Counted from the stretch's first letter, positions 1 through 15,668 are shown. The stretch is 64,000 bases of DNA from an uncultured Pseudomonadota bacterium (GCA_963758455.1 CAVWVK010000007.1:124340-188339); one strand, 5' to 3'. Translations and numbers: made by a program. The notes: a model not told the origin generated them from the sequence alone.

Positions 1-585
1 CGCCGGCGGCTACAAATACGCGATGAGCGGCGAAGGGCTGTTGCTTCCTGCACTGCCCGCCCGGCTATCGCGCCCCGCCCGCGCGATACCGGATGGTACG
101 CGGCATTCGGGGCGCTCTCGGACGCTCGGCCCGGCGCGGTCGCCTACGGCGACGGCGGCAATCGATTCATGGGGGCGACCTTCGATCCGTCGGGACTATA
201 CCGCTTCAACGCGGTGATGGACTGGCTGGCCTCGATCGGCCTCGATGCGCGGGACGCCCATGCGCGCGCCGTCGCGATGCAGGCGGCGTTCGTGCCGGCG
301 GCGAACGCGCTCGGCATCCCGGGGCTGCGCGCGGACGATCTTCTGGCGCCGCTGTCGCAACCGGACCGGGGCAATTTCCTCGCCTATGACAGTCCGCACG
401 CCCCTGCCCTGCACGCCACGCTGCACGCCGCCGGAATCATCACGGATGTGCGCGGCAGCACGCTGCGCGTGGGCTTCGGGCTGTATCACGACCTGGCCGA
501 CGTGCCGGCGATCGTCGGGCGCATCGCCGACGCGCTCAAACCACGTTGCGCTCCAGCAGCGGGCGCTGCTCGACCAGCCGCGTGA
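1..585 (+). pseudogene. Aminotransferase class V-fold PLP-dependent enzyme (kynureninase-like), 3' portion; 5' end lies upstream of the window; frame broken twice in nt 1-80
   Basis: Frame 1 reads ..APRPRDTGWYAAFGALSD..NRFMGATFDPSGLYRFNAVMDWLASIGL.. to the stop at 583-585. The family motifs GGYKYAMSGEG (frame 2, nt 5-37) and FLHCPPGY (frame 3, nt 45-68) lie just upstream in the other two frames. Confidence 0.5.
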
Positions 586-1718
586 ACGCCAGCGGCGACA
601 GGTCGAGCGTCTCGTAGCCGCCGCCCGCGATCAGTTCGGCCACGCCGCGCCCCACCGCCGGGGAGTGCTGCATTCCGTGGCCGGAAAAGCCCGTCGCGTG
701 GATCACGTTCGGGCATGACGGGTGCGGCCCGATGATGCCGTTATGGTCGAACAGGTTCATCTCGTAATAGCCGGCCCAGGACGATTGCAGCCGGACAGCC
801 TCGAACGCCGGCACGCGCGCGGCGATGACCGGCCAGATGATGTCGTTGAACATGGCCTCGTCCACCTCCAGCGGCGGCTCGTCGGGATCGTCCTCGCCCG
901 GTCCGGGCGAGCGGCCGGTGAGAAAGCATTGTCCCTCGCGGCGGAACCAGACGCCGCTCGGGTCGATCACCAGCGGGCAGCGCGGCAGGTCTTCGCGGCA
1001 GGCGATGACATAGACCATGCGTTTTCGCGCGCGCACCGGCAGGTCGATGTCCAGCGCGGCCGCGACGCGCGCCGACCACGGGCCGGCGGCGTTGACCGCG
1101 ACATCGCACGCCAGCACCGAGCCGTCGGCGAGCCGCACGCCGCTCACGCGCTCGCCGTGCGCGCTCGAACCCGCTCGCCTCCCGCGCGACATACGCCACG
1201 CCCAGCGAGCGCGCCTTGCGGCGGAACGCGGCCAGCAAGGCCGGCCCGTCGAACGTGCCCTCGCGCGACAGGCCGAGCGCGCCTTCGGCCACGCCGCCGG
1301 TGGACAGCCAGGGAAAGCGCGCGGCGATGTCGGCCGGAGACAGCAGCGCCACATCCGCGCCATTGGCGATTTGCGTGGCGTGATTCTCGCGCAGGATCGG
1401 CACGCCCGCGTCGCTGGCAAGAAACAGGTAGCCGGGCAGCCGAAGGGAAAGCTCCGGCCGGTCGCCATCGACCGCCAGCAGGTCGGGCGCGGCTTGCAGG
1501 AACGCCAGGCCGAACTGCGACATCGCGACGTTGATGGGAGTCGAAAACTGCTCGCGGATCGAGCTGGCGGATAGCGACGATGAGGCGTGCGCGTACGTGG
1601 GATCGCGCTCGACCACGGTGATGCGGCCGCGAAAATCGGGGCGGCTGGCGAGATGGTAGGCGATCGAACTGCCCATCACGCCGCCGCCGACGATGACGAC
1701 ACTACTCTCGGTCGGCAC
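536..1718 (-). pseudogene. FAD-dependent oxidoreductase (DAO/sarcosine-oxidase-like); one frame break near 1155-1195
   Basis: The N-terminus MPTESSVVIVGGGVMGSSIAYHLA (GxGxxG dinucleotide fold) is in ORF 741..1718. The rest (..GERVSGVRLADGSVLACDVAVNAAGPWS..ATGFSGHGMQHSPAVG..) is in ORF 536..1468. The span is 3n+1 nt. Confidence 0.7.
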
Positions 1719-1816
1719 GGTTCTGGGTATTTTTCGACCGGAGCGCCTCGGTCAAGATTGCCCGGTGCTCCTCCTCGGGCGAGCGGCCGTTTCTCTCCGC
1801 ACGTTCGAGCAGGAGG

Positions 1817-2331
1817 TCAACCATGATTTCCCTTCCAAGTGCCGGAAGAAACACCGTGAAGGTGGGCGGTGAGCATGGCGCCCGCAGCAGCGACCTCGCG
1901 GGGATCGAGAAAGGCGCGTTTCGGGACAGCTAGCGAGGTCCGTCCCCAGCGGATGTGCCATGTCGAGCGTGTTTCGCGGACGCGGGTGATTCCAGACAAC
2001 GGAACGGCTAGGACCATGCCAGAAGGTCCGCTAAACTCGAGACGATCGGCGCTGACCTGATAGAACATCAACTTTGGATAGTTCCGCATACCCAAGAAAA
2101 ATCGGGGTACGCTTACGAGACAAATCAACAACGCGGCGACGCCGAGCTCAGAAACCCAGGAAAGCAGGGCCGATGGGACACCGTCCACCCCTGGCATATT
2201 CCGAAAACCCTGGAACGCAGCTCCGATGGCTATCGTTGCCAATAGCACTCCCCACACTCCACGCCTTGCGCGCAGAAAAGACCAGCAGTAGTCCGCTTTT
2301 GTAAAAATCGCCTCGCCGACAACCGCATCTC

Positions 2332-2335
<4 letters not shown>
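1817..2335 (-). CDS. YcxB-like membrane protein (two TM segments plus a C-terminal YcxB-type domain)
   Basis: ORF 1817..2374. The ATG at 2335 overlaps the hutU stop (ATGA). It has hydrophobic segments [15 protein letters not shown] and [13 protein letters not shown] followed by ..[28 protein letters not shown]... G+C is clearly lower than in neighbours (28/60 in line 2041-2100). Confidence 0.55.
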
Positions 2336-4001
<1,666 letters not shown>

Positions 4002-4002
<1 letters not shown>

Positions 4003-5241
4003 CAGATGCCTTTCACGAGCACGCCCGCGCGCATGATCGCGCGGCACGGGTTGAGGCCAATTCCATACGCCAGCTCGGCGGGAGTTTCGACGCGCCACAG
4101 CACCATGTCGGCGCGCATCCCCGCCGCCAGCACGCCGCGGTCGGCCAGCCCCAGGGCGCGGGCCGCGTGGCGGGTGACGCCCGCGAATGCTTCCTCGGGC
4201 GTCAGGCGGAACAGCGTGCAGGCCATGTTGAGCACGCTCAGCAGCGAGCAGACCGGCGAGGTGCCGGGATTGCAGTCGGTCGCCACCGCGATCGGCACGC
4301 CGCGCGCGGCGCAACAGGTCCACCGGCGGCGCCTGCGTCTCGCGCAGCATGTAATAGGCTCCGGGCAGCAGCACGGCCACCGAGCCCGCCTCCGCCATCG
4401 CCGCCGCGCCGGCGGCGTCCAGATGCTCCAGATGGTCGGCCGACAGCGCGGCGAACGAGGCGGCCAGCGCGGCGCCCCCGAGATTGCTGAGCTGCTCGGC
4501 GTGCAGCTTTACCGGCAGGCCGTGCGCGCGGGCGACGCGAAAGATGCGGCGGACCTGGTCGGGGGAAAAGGCGATCGTCTCGCAGAACGCATCCACGGCA
4601 TCGACCAGCCCCTCGGCCACGGCGGCGGGGATGATCTCCTGGCAGACCAGGTCCACGTAGCCGTCCGGATCATCGCGATATTCGGGCGGGACGGCGTGCG
4701 CCGCCAGCAAGGTTGCCCGCACATCGACCGGCCGCATCCGCCCCAGCCGGCGGGCGGCGCGCAGCATCCGCAACTCGCCTTCCGGCTCCAGCGCATAGCC
4801 GGACTTGATCTCGACCGTGGTGACGCCCTCGGCCAGCAGCGCCTCCAGCCGCGGCAGCGACGCGCGCACCAGCGCCGCCTCGTCCAGCGCACGGGTGGCG
4901 TTGACCGTGGAGAGAATGCCGCCGCCGGCGCGGGCGATGTCCTCGTAGCTCGCGCCGCCCAGCCGCGCCTCCCATTCGGCGGCGCGGCTGCCGCCGTGGA
5001 CCAGGTGGGTGTGGCAGTCGATCAGGCCGGGGGTGAGCAGGCCGCCCTCGCCGTCATGCACCGCGCCCGCGGCGGCGAACATGCCGGGGGGCAGGTCGGC
5101 GCGGGGACCGGCGAACAGGATGCCGTCGCCTGCCACGGCGAGGGCAGCGTCGGGGATCAGGCCATAGGGGAGTCCGCCCGGCTGCATGGTGGCGGCGTCG
5201 AGATTGACCCACAGGTGGTCGGGTGCTGCGAGACTGGACAT
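4002..5241 (-). pseudogene. hutI: Imidazolonepropionase; one frame break near 4300-4310
   Basis: The N-terminal 310 codons (..[60 protein letters not shown]) are in the long ORF. The C-terminus ([29 protein letters not shown]) is in ORF 4002..4298. The span is 3n+1 nt, and the stop overlaps the hutU ATG (TGATG). Confidence 0.85.
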
Positions 5242-5406
5242 GGCGCACGAAACTCCCCGTTCCGGCGACGCGGCGCAAGGCTTGGCACCCGCGCTGCCAC
5301 GCCCGCACTTGCCTCGGGGCCGCCTTCACCGCTGGGCTTGCGCAATTCTTGCGGAGGCGGCTCCAATGCGGGCACAGAACGCCGACACAACTCCCAGGAG
5401 GTTTGC

Positions 5407-6249
5407 ATGGCCGACTTCGACCGGACACTTTCGCGCCGCTCGGCACTCAGGACCGCCTTGGCCGGGACCGCGCTGCTGGCCGGCGGCAGCCGCGCGGCGC
5501 TGGCCGACACCCTGGCGGACGTAAAATCCCGCGGCGTGCTGACCTGCGCCACCGAGATGGAGTTCCCGCCGTTCGATTTCCTGGTCAACAACGTCTACAC
5601 CGGCGTGGATCGCGACCTGATCGACGCGGTCGGCGCCGACATGGGGGTGAAGGTCACATATCTCGACCTGCCCTGGACCAGCGTGCTGCCCGGCCTGGAG
5701 GCGAAGAAGTTCGACTTCGTCATCGCCCCCGTCACCATCACGCTGGCCCGCATGAAGCGCTACAGCTTCACGGTGCCGATCGCCGACGCCACCGCCGCGG
5801 TGATGAAGCGCGCCGACGACACCTCGATCAACAAGCCGCAGGATCTGGCCGGCAAGACCGTGGGCGGCCAGAAGGGCACCTCGCAGCTCGCGCAGGTCGA
5901 GGCGTTCGGCAAGACGCTGCCCAAGCCGATCACCGTGCGCGAATACGTGGACAACAACCAGTCCTACGCCGACCTCGCGGCCGGACGGCTCGATGCGTCG
6001 GTGAACTCGCTGCCCAACCTCGCCTACGCCGCCTCGCAGCGGCCGCAGACGTTCAAGGTGGTGCTGCCGCCGTTCGGTCAGCCCACCTATTTCTCCTGGG
6101 TCGGAAGGCTGGACGACAAGACGCTGACCGACGCGATCAGCGCCTCGCTGATCAGGCTGCAGGACAACGGAAAGCTGGCGGTGATCCAGAAGAAATGGTT
6201 CGGCCAGGCGCAGGCGCTGCCCAAGACGGTGCCGATGCCCTCGGTCTAG
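5407..6249 (+). CDS. Polar amino-acid ABC transporter substrate-binding protein, Tat/Sec-type leader
   Basis: ATG at 5407. MADFDRTLSRRSALRTALAGTALLAGGSRAALA is followed by ..GVLTCATEMEFPPFDF..KKFDFVIAPVTITLARMK.. (family 3 SBP pattern). It is followed by two permeases and an ATPase. Confidence 0.85.
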   Translation: MADFDRTLSRRSALRTALAGTALLAGGSRAALADTLADVKSRGVLTCATEMEFPPFDFLVNNVYTGVDRDLIDAVGADMGVKVTYLDLPWTSVLPGLEAKKFDFVIAPVTITLARMKRYSFTVPIADATAAVMKRADDTSINKPQDLAGKTVGGQKGTSQLAQVEAFGKTLPKPITVREYVDNNQSYADLAAGRLDASVNSLPNLAYAASQRPQTFKVVLPPFGQPTYFSWVGRLDDKTLTDAISASLIRLQDNGKLAVIQKKWFGQAQALPKTVPMPSV

Positions 6250-6256
6250 CCCCGCC

Positions 6257-6898
6257 ATGAAGGTCGTGCTGCGGGTGCTGCCGTTCCTGTTGCAGGCGGC
6301 CGGCACGACGTTGTGGGTCTCGCTGCTCGGCATGGCGCTGGGCCAGGTGCTCGGCGCCGCGGTCTGCCTGCTGCGGCGCTCCGGAGTGGGCTGGCTGGAT
6401 CGGGCGGGCGCGGTCTATGTCAGCTTCTTCCGCGGCGTGCCGCTGCTGGTGCAGTTGCTGCTGATGTACCTGTTCCTGCCGCGCATCGGCCTGAACGTGC
6501 CGCCGCTGGTGGCGGCGGTCACGGCGCTCGGCCTGGCTTCCGGCGCCTACGTCTCGGAGACTTTCCGCGGCGCGCTGGCGGCGATCCCGCCGGGGCAGGC
6601 GGAGGCCGCCGACGCGCTGGGCATCGCGCGCGCGCGGACCTGGCGGCGGGTGCTGCTGCCGCAGATGCTGCGCCTGTCGCTGCCGGCCGAAATCAACGAG
6701 CTGATCCTGCTGCTGAAGGCGTCGTCGCTGATCTCGGCCATCGGCGTCACCGAACTCACGCGCACCGCGCAGAGCTACGCCGCCGCCACCTACCGCCCGC
6801 TGGAGATGTATGTCACCGCGGCCGCGATCTACCTGGTGATGAACCTTGCCCTGGCGACACTGGGCCAGTTCGCCGAGCGCCGGCTGGCGCCCGCGTGA
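6257..6898 (+). CDS. Amino-acid ABC transporter permease (His/Glu/Gln/Arg/opine family)
   Basis: 213-aa ORF with the EAA-type loop ..YVSETFRGALAAIPPGQAEAADALGI.. and multiple TM segments. Confidence 0.85.
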   Translation: MKVVLRVLPFLLQAAGTTLWVSLLGMALGQVLGAAVCLLRRSGVGWLDRAGAVYVSFFRGVPLLVQLLLMYLFLPRIGLNVPPLVAAVTALGLASGAYVSETFRGALAAIPPGQAEAADALGIARARTWRRVLLPQMLRLSLPAEINELILLLKASSLISAIGVTELTRTAQSYAAATYRPLEMYVTAAAIYLVMNLALATLGQFAERRLAPA

Positions 6899-6910
6899 AA
6901 TGAGCCGCTG

Positions 6911-7569
6911 ATGCAGTGGAGCCTGTACCTCCAGTACGGCCCGGCGCTGGCCGGCGGGTTCGCGCTGACGCTGCTGTGCTGGGGCGCCGGCGCCGCGCTG
7001 GGCATCGCGCTCGGCTTCGTGGTGGCGCTGCTGCGGCAACTGCCGGTGGCCCCCCTGCGCTGGCTGCTGCGCGCGGCGATCGAGGTGCTGCGCGGCACGC
7101 CGTTCCTGGTGCAGCTCTATCTGCTGTACGACGGCGGCCCGCAGGTCGGACTGCGCTGGTCGGCCACGACCTGCGGCATCGTCGGCCTCGGCGTCTATGG
7201 CAGCGCGTATTTCGCGGAAATCTTCCGCGCCGGGTTCGCCGCCGTGCCGCCGGGACAGATCGAGGCGGCGCAAAGCCTCGGCATGACGCCAGCCGCGGTG
7301 CTGCGCCGGGTGCGGCTGCCGGCGATGCTGGTGACGATCCTGCCGGCGCTGGTCAACATGCTCATCATATTGAGCAAGGAGACGGTGGTGCTGTCGCTGA
7401 TTACCGTGCCGGAACTGATGTACCAGATGCAGACGATGGGGGCCGAGACCTTCGCCGCGTTCGAGGTGATCCTGGCGATGGCGGTGCTGTACTGGCTGAT
7501 GGTGGAGATCGTCGCCCGCCTCGGCCGCCTCGCCGAGCGCGCGGTGACGCGGCACATGGTCGCGCCCGC

Positions 7570-7573
<4 letters not shown>
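6911..7573 (+). CDS. Amino-acid ABC transporter permease (His/Glu/Gln/Arg/opine family)
   Basis: 220-aa ORF containing ..[26 protein letters not shown]... The stop overlaps the next ATG (ATGA at 7570). Confidence 0.85.
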
Positions 7574-8345
<772 letters not shown>

Positions 8346-8349
<4 letters not shown>

Positions 8350-9269
8350 CACTCCGCCTGATCGACGCCGAGGCGGTGCGCGCGGCGCTGCCGTTCGACC
8401 GGCTGGTGCCCGCCCTGCGCGAGGCTTTTCGCGAAGGCGCGGCGACGCCGCTGCGCCATCGCCATGCGATCTGCCGGACGGCGCTCACTGCTGCTGATGC
8501 CGGCCTGGCGCGGTGACGCGGTGCTGGGCGTGAAACTGGTCAGCGTGTTTCCCGGCAACGGCGCGCGCGGGCTGCCGGCGGTGTCGTCCACCTATCTGCT
8601 GTGCGACGGGCAGACCGGGGAGCATCTCGCGGTCATCGACGGCGCGGAACTGACCGCGCGGCGCACCGCCGCCGCTTCGGCGCTGGCCGGCGCGATTTCT
8701 CGCCCGCCCGGATGCGGCGCGGCTGCTGATCGTGGGCAGCGGCCACGTCGCGAGCCAACTGGCGCAGGCCTGGGCGGCGGTGCGGCCGATCGCCTCGGTC
8801 GCGGTGTGGAACGTGCGCGCGGCCGGCGCCGAGCGTCTGGCGGCGGCCCTGCGCGATGCCGGTTTCGACGCGCGCGCGACCACCGACCTGGCGAGCGCGG
8901 CGCGCGACGCCGACATCGTGAGCTGCGCCACGCTGGCCACCGAGCCGCTGATCCGCGGCGCCTGGCTGCGGCCGGGCGCGCATCTCGACCTGATCGGCGG
9001 CTACCTGCCCACCATGCGCGAGGCCGACGACGACGCGGTGCGCGGCGCGGCGGTGTTCATCGACACCGACGCGGCGCTGGCCGAGGCCGGCGACATCATC
9101 GCAGCCGCTCGCCTCCGGCGCGCTGGCGGCGGTGGCGGGCACGCTGGCCGGGCTGTGCCGCGGCGAGGTCGCGGGCCGCCATTCCGCCGACCAGCGCACG
9201 GTGTTCAAGTCGGTGGGCAGCGCGCTGGAGGATCTGGCGGCGGCTGTGCTGATCCTGGAGCGCGGCTGA
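8346..9269 (+). pseudogene. Ornithine cyclodeaminase / mu-crystallin family protein; three frame breaks
   Basis: The TTG at 8346 overlaps the upstream stop (TTGA). [28 protein letters not shown] is in frame 3. [32 protein letters not shown] is in frame 1. ARLLIVGSGHVASQLAQAW..LRPGAHLDLIGGYLPTMREAD is in frame 2. ..RTVFKSVGSALEDLAAAVLILERG* is in frame 3, with the stop at 9267-9269. Breaks lie near 8465-8490, 8695-8712 and 9100-9105. Confidence 0.75.
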
Positions 9270-9295
9270 GACAACGCGGTCCCGCCCCTCACCCG

Positions 9296-9399
9296 TAGGG
9301 CGGAAAAGCGCAGCGCCTTCCGCCGCTTTTTGTCGGGAGCCCGATGGCGCCGTGTGGCGCACCAAAGCGGCGGAAGGCGCTGCGCTTTTCCGCCCTACG
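9296..9399. repeat. Palindromic intergenic element, family A (arms GTAGGGCGGAAAAGCGCAGCGCCTTCCGCCGCTTT / inverse)
   Basis: Arms of about 33 nt are near-perfectly complementary around a loop of about 37 nt. A second copy lies at 55987-56069. Confidence 0.85.
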
Positions 9400-9438
9400 C
9401 TCGTTCGATTACTGATGTCGGCGCCTATTGGGCTGGCA

Positions 9439-10837
9439 TCAATCCAGGCCGCCCAGCTTGCCCAGCAACCGCGCATGGCTGCGCATGCCGTGGCGGAAGC
9501 AGACCAGCTCGAACTTTTCGTTCGGCCCGTGGATCTGGTCGTCGGACAGGCCGAACCCCATCAGCAGCGTATCCAGCCCCAGCCGCGCTTGAACGCCTCG
9601 ACCACCGGGATCGACCCGCCGCCGCCCACCAGCACCGCCGGACGCCCGTACTCGGCGCCCAGCGCCGCCCGCGCGGCGTCGATCACCGGGCTGTCGGTGG
9701 CGACCGCATCCCCGGCGCGGCGCCAAAGGTCGGTGAACGTCAGCTTCGCGTCCGCCGGCACCCGCGCCGCATGAACTCTCGGAACGCCTGCGCCACCCGC
9801 TCGGGGTTCTGGCCCGGAACCAGCCGGAAACTCACCTTCGCCCCGGCCCGGGCGGGGATCACCGTCTTGCTGCCCTCGCCGCTGTAGCCGCCCCAGATGC
9901 CGTTGATGTCCGCGGTCGGCCGCGCCCAGAGCCGCTCCAGACCGCCGCGCCCGGTCTCGCCGACCGGCACCGACAGCCCGATGCCGCCCAGGAACGCCGC
10001 CTCGTCGAAGCCGAGCGACGCCCATTGCGCCGCCTGCTCGGGCGACACGTCGGCGATGCCGTCGTAGAACCCGTCCAGCGCCACCCGGCCCCGCGCGTCG
10101 TGCAACTGCCCAGCGCGCGGGTCAGCGCGTTCAGCGGGTTCAGCGCCGCAGCCGCCGAACATGCCGGAATGCAGATCGCGATCGGCGGCTTGCAGATCGA
10201 CCTGCATATAGACCAGGCCGCGCAGGCTGGTGCAGATCGCCGGCTGTCGCGACATCCCACATGTCGGTATCGCTGATGACCGCCGCGTCGGCCGCCAGCG
10301 CGCCCGCGTTCTCGGCCAGAAATGTTTCGAGGTTGACGCTGCCGATCTCCTCCTCGCCCTCGATCACCGCGGTGATCGGCACCGGCATGGTGCCGGCCGT
10401 CTCATGCCAGGCGCGGAACGCGGCCAGCCACATCGCCACCTGTCCCTTGTCGTCCACCGCCCCGCGTGCCACTACGCGCTTGCCATGCGGGCCGTCGACC
10501 ACCTGCGGCTCGAACGGGCCGACTCTCCCACAAAGCCAGCGGCTCAGCGGGTTGCACGTCATAGTGACCATAGTACAGCAGAGCGCGGTCCGGCCTTTCC
10601 GCCCGCCGGCCCGGGATGATGGGCAAGCACGACCGGATGCCCCTTGGTCTCGACCAGCCTGGCCTCGAACCCCATCGCCGCCAGCGCGCCGCACGCGAAG
10701 TCCGCGGCCTGGCGGCAATCGGCCGCGTGCGCCGGCTGGGCGCTGACCGACGGGATGCGCAGCCAGTCGAGCCACCAGGCCTGCGCCGCGTCGGCGCTCT
10801 CGTCCAAGCGTTGCAGCACGTGTTCGGTCCGGGTCAT
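9439..10837 (-). pseudogene. M20-family dipeptidase/peptidase (ArgE/DapE/CPG2 clan); about seven frame breaks
   Basis: Colinear pieces are spread over six minus-strand ORFs. They are: MTRTEHVLQRLDE..WLRIPSVSAQP; LLYYGHYDVQPAEPL; PFEPQVVDG..ARGAVDDKGQVAMWLAAFRAW..ITAVIEGEEEIGS; LRGLVYMQVDL..DLHSGMFGG; NPLNALTRALG; LHDARGRVALDGFYDG..ADINGIWGGYSGEGSKTVIPA; VPADAKLTF..GGGGSIPVV; and GLDTLLMGFGLSDDQIHGPNEKF. Confidence 0.75.
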
Positions 10838-11010
10838 GCGCGGCTTGCTCCCTTGGTTCTCGGACTTTCGCATCCGGGCCGAGCTTGCGCGCCGGGCCGC
10901 GGCACGAAAAGAGACAAACCGGGCGGACATGGCTGCGTTGAGCCAGCCGTGCCGAAAACGCCGCCGCGATGTGGCATGGATGGAGCTGTCTCCACCTCGG
11001 AGGGTTCGGC

Positions 11011-12597
11011 GTGCCGACCAATCTGACTGCTAGGCTCGCGACCGCGCTGGCGCTGCTGGCGAGCGGCTGCACGATGGGCCCCAACTTCCAGAAGCCGGCG
11101 CCCTGGTATTCGCCGGCGTCCTGGTTCGGCGGCCGGCCGCCGACCGCGCCGGCCAGCGACGTGGCCAGCACCCCGGTCGCCGACCCGCCCGACCCGAATT
11201 GGTGGCAGGTGTTCAACGACCCGGAGCTGACTTCGCTGGAGCAGCGGGTGGCCGGCTCGAACCTCGATGTCCGGCTGGCCGGCATTCGCCTCGCGGAAAG
11301 CCGCGCGCAGCTTGGCGTGACGCGCGCCGATCTGTTCCCGCAACTGAACGGCAACGGCTCGTACACGCGCGAGCGGCAGAGCAAGAACGGCGTCATCTCG
11401 CTGCTCGGCGGCGGTGGCGGCAGCGGCAGCAACTCGCCCGGCGCGCAGTCCAACGGCCTCGGCGGCAGGGAGGGCGGCATCCCGAACACCAGCCTGACCG
11501 CGCCGTTCGATTTGTTCCAGACCGGCTTCGATGCCTCGTGGGAACTCGATCTGTGGGGCCGGGTGCGCCGCGAGGTGGAAAGTGCCCGCGCGCAGGTGGA
11601 GCAATCGGCCGAGAGCCGGCGCGACACGCTGATTACCTCGCTGGCCGAGGTGGCGCGCGACTACGTGCAGTTGCGCGGCACGCAGCGCATCATCCAGATC
11701 ACCCGGCGCAACCTCGACAGCGAACGCGGCGCGCAGAACCTGGCGCAGGAGCGCGCGGCCGGCGGCCTGGGATCGGATCTCGACGTCGCCAACGCGGCCG
11801 CACAGGTGCAATCCACCGCCAGCGAATTGCCGACCCTGGAGGCGCAGGCGCAGCAATATGTCAACGCCATCGCGCTGCTGCTGGGCGAGGCGCCGAACCA
11901 GCTCGACGCCGAGCTGGCCACGAACGCGCCGGTGCCGCCGGTGCCGCCGCAGGTTCCGGTCGGGCTGCCGGGCGACCTGGCGCGGCGCCGGCCGGACATC
12001 CGCCGCGCCGAGGCGGCGCTGCACTCCGCCACCGCGGGCGTTGGGGTCGCGGTCGCCAGCTTCTATCCGACGGTGACGCTGTCCGGCAGCGCCGCCCTGC
12101 AAGCGACCGACTTTACGAAGATGTTCGGCTGGTCGGCGGGAACCTACTCGTTCGGCCCCAGCCTCACCCTGCCGATCTTCCAGGGCGGCCGCCTGACCCG
12201 CACGCTGGAATTGCGCAAGGCGCAGCAGGTCGAGGCGGCGGTCAGCTACCAGCAGACGGTGCTCGCGGCCCTGCACGACGTGAACAACGCGCTGGTCAAC
12301 TACGAGGCGCAGCAGGGACAGGAGGCGGCGCTCGCGCGGGCGGTGGTGCAGCAGCGGCGGGCGCTGGGCCTGGCGCAGGACCAGTACCGCGCCGGCCTGG
12401 TGGATTTCCTCAACGTGCTCGACGCCGAGCGGCAGTTGCTCGCGGGCCAGCAGCAGGTGGCGCAGGCGCAGGCCTCGGTCTCCACCGACCTGGTGCAGCT
12501 GTACAAGGCGCTCGGCGGCGGCTGGGAGCAAAGCTTTCCGGAGGAGAGGGCCACCCCGAAGCCGGCGCTCATTCCGGCGGCGCTGGTCGAGCCGTAG
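11011..12597 (+). CDS. Efflux-transporter outer-membrane factor lipoprotein, NodT family
   Basis: A GTG at 11011 is preceded by GGAGGG. It has a lipobox LALLASGC, then ..NWWQVFNDPELTSLE.., two OEP-type repeats and ..LVQLYKALGGGW... The frame is intact. No RND pump or adaptor is adjacent. Confidence 0.85.
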   Translation: MPTNLTARLATALALLASGCTMGPNFQKPAPWYSPASWFGGRPPTAPASDVASTPVADPPDPNWWQVFNDPELTSLEQRVAGSNLDVRLAGIRLAESRAQLGVTRADLFPQLNGNGSYTRERQSKNGVISLLGGGGGSGSNSPGAQSNGLGGREGGIPNTSLTAPFDLFQTGFDASWELDLWGRVRREVESARAQVEQSAESRRDTLITSLAEVARDYVQLRGTQRIIQITRRNLDSERGAQNLAQERAAGGLGSDLDVANAAAQVQSTASELPTLEAQAQQYVNAIALLLGEAPNQLDAELATNAPVPPVPPQVPVGLPGDLARRRPDIRRAEAALHSATAGVGVAVASFYPTVTLSGSAALQATDFTKMFGWSAGTYSFGPSLTLPIFQGGRLTRTLELRKAQQVEAAVSYQQTVLAALHDVNNALVNYEAQQGQEAALARAVVQQRRALGLAQDQYRAGLVDFLNVLDAERQLLAGQQQVAQAQASVSTDLVQLYKALGGGWEQSFPEERATPKPALIPAALVEP

Positions 12598-12643
12598 GCG
12601 GCGAAATTGACGACAGCCGGCCCGCGCCGCATCCTGCGGCCAA

Positions 12644-13242
<599 letters not shown>

Positions 13243-13255
13243 AGCCTCGCTGCCG

Positions 13256-14262
<1,007 letters not shown>

Positions 14263-14266
<4 letters not shown>

Positions 14267-15081
14267 GCGGACAGGCAGCCACCCTCGACGGCGACGTGCT
14301 GGCACGCATCTGCGACGACAGCCGCCACGAGACGGCGCAGCGGCGCGAACGGATGAGCCTGGAGCAGATGCGCGCGCGCGCCCTGGCCGCGGCCGGTCCG
14401 CGCGGCTTCAGCCAGCGGCTGATGCGCGCGACCTCGGACGGCTACGGCCTGGTCGCCGAACTGAAGCGCGCCTCGCCGTCCGGCGGCCTGATCCGGCCGG
14501 ACTTCGACCCGGCCGATCTGGCCCGAACCTATGCCGTCGCCGGCGCGGCCTGCCTGTCGGTGCTGACCGAGATGCCGCACTTCCAGGGCAGCAACGACGA
14601 TCTGCGCGCCGCCCGCGCCGCGGTCGACCTGCCGGTGCTGCGCAAGGACTTCATCCTCGATCCCTGGCAGGTCTATGAAAGCCGGGCGATCGGCGCGGAC
14701 TGCATCCTGCTCATCATGGCGGCACTCAGCGACGATCAGGCTGTGGAGCTGGAGAATATCGCGCGGATGCTGGACATGGACGTGCTGGTCGAGGTGCATG
14801 ACGAGCACGAATTGCAGCGCGCGCTCGGCTTGCAAACCAAGCTCATCGGCATCAACAATCGCAATCTCAAGACGTTGCAGACCGATTTGCGGACGACGCA
14901 CGAACTGTCGCCGCTGGTGCCGCCGGACCGTTTCGTGATCGCCGAGAGCGGCATCCGCGGCCATGCCGACGTCCTGGCGCTGGCGGAGCTGTCGGTGCGC
15001 TGCTTCCTGGTCGGCGAAAGCCTGCTGCGCGAGGCCGACGTCGGCCTGGCGACCCGGCGGCTGCTCGGCCGCGCGGCGTGA
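14263..15081 (+). CDS. trpC: Indole-3-glycerol-phosphate synthase
   Basis: 272 aa, containing ..[60 protein letters not shown]... The ATG overlaps the trpD stop (ATGA). Confidence 0.93.
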
Positions 15082-15566
15082 CGGGGCTGACGCATGCCGG
15101 GCTGACGCATTTCGACGCGGCGGGCAACGCCGCGATGGTCGATGTCGCGGACAAGCCGATCACCGACCGCACCGCCACCGCCCGTGCTCGCGTGGTCATG
15201 CGACCCGCGACCCTGCGCATGATCGCCGAGGGTTCGGCGCGCAAGGGCGACGTATTCGGCGTGGCGCGGCTGGCCGGCATCATGGCGGCCAAGCGCACCG
15301 CCGAGCTGATCCCGCTCTGCCACCCGCTGCCGCTCGCCGCCATCGCCGTGGATCTGGTGGCGGACGGCGAGGACGCGGTGGCCATCGCGGCCACCGTGCG
15401 CACCACCGGGCGCACCGGCGTCGAGATGGAGGCGCTGACGGCGGTGACGGTGGCGGCCCTCACGGTCTACGATATGTGCAAGGCGGTGGACCGGGGAATG
15501 CGCATCGAGCAGGTTCGCGTCACCGCCAAGTCGGGCGGCGCGTCCGGCGACTTCGTTCAGGAATGA
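15078..15566 (+). CDS. moaC: Cyclic pyranopterin monophosphate synthase accessory protein
   Basis: 162 aa, containing ..[79 protein letters not shown]... The GTG overlaps the trpC stop (GTGA). Confidence 0.93.
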   Translation: MTGLTHAGLTHFDAAGNAAMVDVADKPITDRTATARARVVMRPATLRMIAEGSARKGDVFGVARLAGIMAAKRTAELIPLCHPLPLAAIAVDLVADGEDAVAIAATVRTTGRTGVEMEALTAVTVAALTVYDMCKAVDRGMRIEQVRVTAKSGGASGDFVQE

Positions 15567-15570
15567 ACCG

Positions 15571-15644
15571 CCCCTCACCCCGCCCTCTCCCGAAGGGAGA
15601 GGGAGTCGTGCCCCCTCTCCCCGGGAGAGGGCCGGGGTGAGGGG
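15571..15644. repeat. Nested palindromic element, family B (CCCTCACCCC..CCCTCTCCC/GGGAGAGGG..GGGGTGAGGG), full two-hairpin copy
   Basis: It starts 5 nt after the moaC stop. Outer arms CCCCTCACCCC/GGGGTGAGGGG enclose two CCCTCTCCC-loop-GGGAGAGGG hairpins. Confidence 0.85.
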
Positions 15645-15668
15645 CGGCGGCCTTGCAACATTCGCCGA